A DNA stretch of 32,000 nt from Fastidiosibacter lacustris (GTDB lineage Bacteria > Pseudomonadota > Gammaproteobacteria > Francisellales > Francisellaceae). A model generated the notes under the pieces. The model was not told where the DNA came from. It did no database searches and was given only the letters and a program-made list of their open reading frames with translations. The position numbers and the translations under genes are program-made. Shown in pieces: positions 29,813 through 32,000 of this stretch (position 1 is its first letter; each line of letters starts with the position of its first letter). Location: the NCBI RefSeq assembly GCF_003428155.1, contig NZ_QLIR01000002.1:30001-62000 (forward strand), given 5' to 3'.

Positions 29813-30260
29813 GAATGATTAACTCCAAATTGTTATCAAATTCTACGACAGTCAGATTAGCAGATTTATAGCTATCGGACTATTGTAAAATGTGTCAATT
29901 TTTTGTTTATTTTTAGGAGTTTTATAGAGACCATGCTCATATGAACAAGATTATTCCTGCTAGGCTCCAGATAGTAACTGAAAATGGTGAGATCATTAAA
30001 ACTATAGCTATACCTGCTTTTAGTCAAGTACATAAAAGTTAACAACGCCTTAAATAGTATATATTTTTTCATTGATGATTCACCGAAAGTAATTTATGTG
30101 CCTTATCTTTTCTCATCAACCGATATTATAGAGCTTTCAGAGAGTCTTAAACAAAACTTATATCCTGTTAAAATAGCATATAAGTGAGGAGAACGCTCTT
30201 TATTGTTATTTGAGTACGTTATATACTCAAACCAGTCAAGGATAATAAAGTGAGGATGCT

Positions 30261-31073
30261 ATGGTCAAAGCAGCAGTAATTCAAATGAGCTCTTGTCTGG
30301 CAGTGGGTATTAATTTATTGACGTTGAAGCGCATGGTTGAGCGTGCAGCAAGTGCAGGTGCTAAGCTTATTATTTTTCCTGATAGATGTACTCTTTTTTC
30401 TGTTAACGCAACTGATTATGACATCAATAAGGAGGTTTTAGGTGAAGGAAGAATACAGGATTATATTCAAAAATTAAGTCGCGAGAATGACGTTTGGATT
30501 ATTGCCAGTGGGATTCCCATCGTATCTGAATATAGTAAGTTAAAATATTATTTGGCTACGGTCGTTTACAATGACTTGGGAAATTTAATAGAAGTATATT
30601 ACCAATTACCACCTACGTTACCTGCTGTGTTTCAATGGACGCATATGTTGTTGCAAAACCAAGAGTATGGAGAGTTTGTCAAAATTGTTCAAACACCGTT
30701 TGCGAACATTGGACTTAGCACAACGTATGACATATTTTGTCCAGAAATTTTTCGTTACCTCAAGAGGCAAGGCGCTGATGTATTTGTATTAAGTGCGGCG
30801 ATGGGTAGTGATTTGGGTGTACACGCTTGGACTATGTTATTGAAAACCCGTGCATTGGAAAACAGTACGATGATTTTAGCAGCTAATCAAAGTGGTTTTC
30901 ATGAAGATGCAAATATGCTTTCGCATGGTAATTCTGCGATTATAGATGATAGAGGTCAAGTTGTTGACAGTGTCGAAATTGGTGAAAAAGTACTTGTTGT
31001 TGAGCTGAATTGTAATTCTTTTAAAAATATTTGTTTTGATCAAAATCCATTCCAGTTACAATATCGCAGATAG
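30261..31073 (+). CDS. Nitrilase/carbon-nitrogen hydrolase superfamily protein, probably catalytically degenerate
   Basis: 270 aa; VKAAVIQMSS, AGAKLIIFPD, ANIGLSTTYDIFCPEIFR, KTRALENSTMILAANQSG, HGNSAIIDDRGQVVDSV. Triad positions read D41/Q115/T155 instead of E/K/C. Confidence 0.85.
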   Translation: MVKAAVIQMSSCLAVGINLLTLKRMVERAASAGAKLIIFPDRCTLFSVNATDYDINKEVLGEGRIQDYIQKLSRENDVWIIASGIPIVSEYSKLKYYLATVVYNDLGNLIEVYYQLPPTLPAVFQWTHMLLQNQEYGEFVKIVQTPFANIGLSTTYDIFCPEIFRYLKRQGADVFVLSAAMGSDLGVHAWTMLLKTRALENSTMILAANQSGFHEDANMLSHGNSAIIDDRGQVVDSVEIGEKVLVVELNCNSFKNICFDQNPFQLQYRR

Positions 31074-31082
31074 TTCTTAAAC

Positions 31083-31117
31083 GAGGTGTCATTTATTTGT
31101 ACGCCTCATTTTTTTAA
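31083..31117 (+). terminator. Putative Rho-independent terminator between the nitrilase-like gene and rimO
   Basis: gaggtgt (31083-31089) / acgcctc (31101-31107) 7-bp stem with one G-U, followed by a T-rich tract. Confidence 0.6.
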
Positions 31118-31129
31118 AGAAGGTTAAAT

Positions 31130-32000
31130 ATGCAATTACATATGCCAAAAGTAGGTTTTTTGAGCTTAGGCTGCCCTAAAAATTTAGTTGATTCTGAACG
31201 TATTATTACCAAGCTTAAAACAGATGGTTATGAAATCGCAGCTGACTATGCCAACGCAGACTTAGTTGTTGTCAATACATGTGGCTTTTTGAACTCAGCA
31301 ATTGAGGAATCACTTGATGCAATTAAAGAGGCTTTGGATGAAAATGGCAAAGTGCTGGTTACAGGGTGTCCTGGCAAAAAGTCCGAGATGATTTTAGAAA
31401 GATATCCTGATGTATTGGGTGTTTCAGGTCCACAAGATTATGAAAACTTGATAAAAGCAGTGCATAAGCATTTGCCAATTGAACATCATGCCTTTACCTC
31501 TCTTGTGCCAGCACAGGGGATTAAGCTTACACCACGTCATTATGCATATTTAAAGATATCAGAGGGTTGTAACAATAGTTGTACTTTCTGCATTATTCCA
31601 GATATTCGTGGTAAGCTAAAGTCACGTAGGATTGATGATGTGATGATGGAAGCAAAACGCCTAGTCAATGCAGGTGTTAAGGAATTGTTAATTATCTCTC
31701 AAGATACCAGTGCTTATGGGGTGGATATTAAATATGAACAAGCAAAGTGGAACGATGAAGTGTATCAAAGTCGTTTTGTTGATTTAGCGCAAGCACTATC
31801 AACGCTAGGGGTATGGGTGCGGATGCATTACGTTTACCCTTATCCTCATGTCGATAAAGTTATCCCTTTAATGGCAGAAGGTAAGATTGCACCATATTTA
31901 GACATTCCCTTTCAACATGCCTCAGCACGTATTCTAAAGCTTATGAAGCGTCCAGCCAATGCAACCAATACACTTGCTACCATTAAGCGTTGGCGTGAAA
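31130..32000 (+). CDS. rimO: Ribosomal protein S12 methylthiotransferase RimO, 3' truncated by window edge
   Basis: Hand-translated [36 protein letters not shown]...[19 protein letters not shown]...[26 protein letters not shown]...[11 protein letters not shown] gaagg upstream; not in the ORF track because it runs off the window. Confidence 0.96.
   Translation, partial: MQLHMPKVGFLSLGCPKNLVDSERIITKLKTDGYEIAADYANADLVVVNTCGFLNSAIEESLDAIKEALDENGKVLVTGCPGKKSEMILERYPDVLGVSGPQDYENLIKAVHKHLPIEHHAFTSLVPAQGIKLTPRHYAYLKISEGCNNSCTFCIIPDIRGKLKSRRIDDVMMEAKRLVNAGVKELLIISQDTSAYGVDIKYEQAKWNDEVYQSRFVDLAQALSTLGVWVRMHYVYPYPHVDKVIPLMAEGKIAPYLDIPFQHASARILKLMKRPANATNTLATIKRWRE

Noticed and set aside
29872-30072. 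66-aa minus-strand ORF upstream of the RipA-like gene
   Set aside because: AT-rich intergenic sequence, no convincing RBS or motif; may be chance.

Overview
The window is chromosomal DNA from an AT-rich gammaproteobacterium (Legionella/Coxiella/Francisella-like gene content). Housekeeping genes supported by sequence: GNAT fragment, nadC, fatty-acid-hydroxylase-like, YdcF/DUF218, typA/bipA, coq7, mrp/apbC, dcd, slt, alaS, a tolC-type gene, M17 aminopeptidase, class I aminotransferase, RipA-like membrane protein, nitrilase-superfamily protein, and the start of rimO. Three accessory zones interrupt this. (1) A single-polypeptide nuclease-methylase-specificity R-M gene lies between mrp and dcd. 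(2) A roughly 4.1 kb island follows dcd. It is bounded by an 82-bp imperfect direct repeat of the dcd 3' end (11345-11426 and 15478-15559). It carries an apparent operon: a 36-aa peptide ORF absent from the ORF track (15079-15189, minus), a cobalamin-type radical SAM enzyme, an MFS transporter, a frameshifted SAM methyltransferase and a truncated second MFS. This is a candidate RiPP/peptide-modification locus and the best lead in the window. (3) A LuxR-HTH / MFS / unknown 222-aa / methyltransferase-DUF2087-like cassette lies at 24.2-27.9 kb. It has a 7-bp tandem repeat inside the LuxR C-terminus. The nitrilase-family protein next to rimO appears to lack all three catalytic triad residues.
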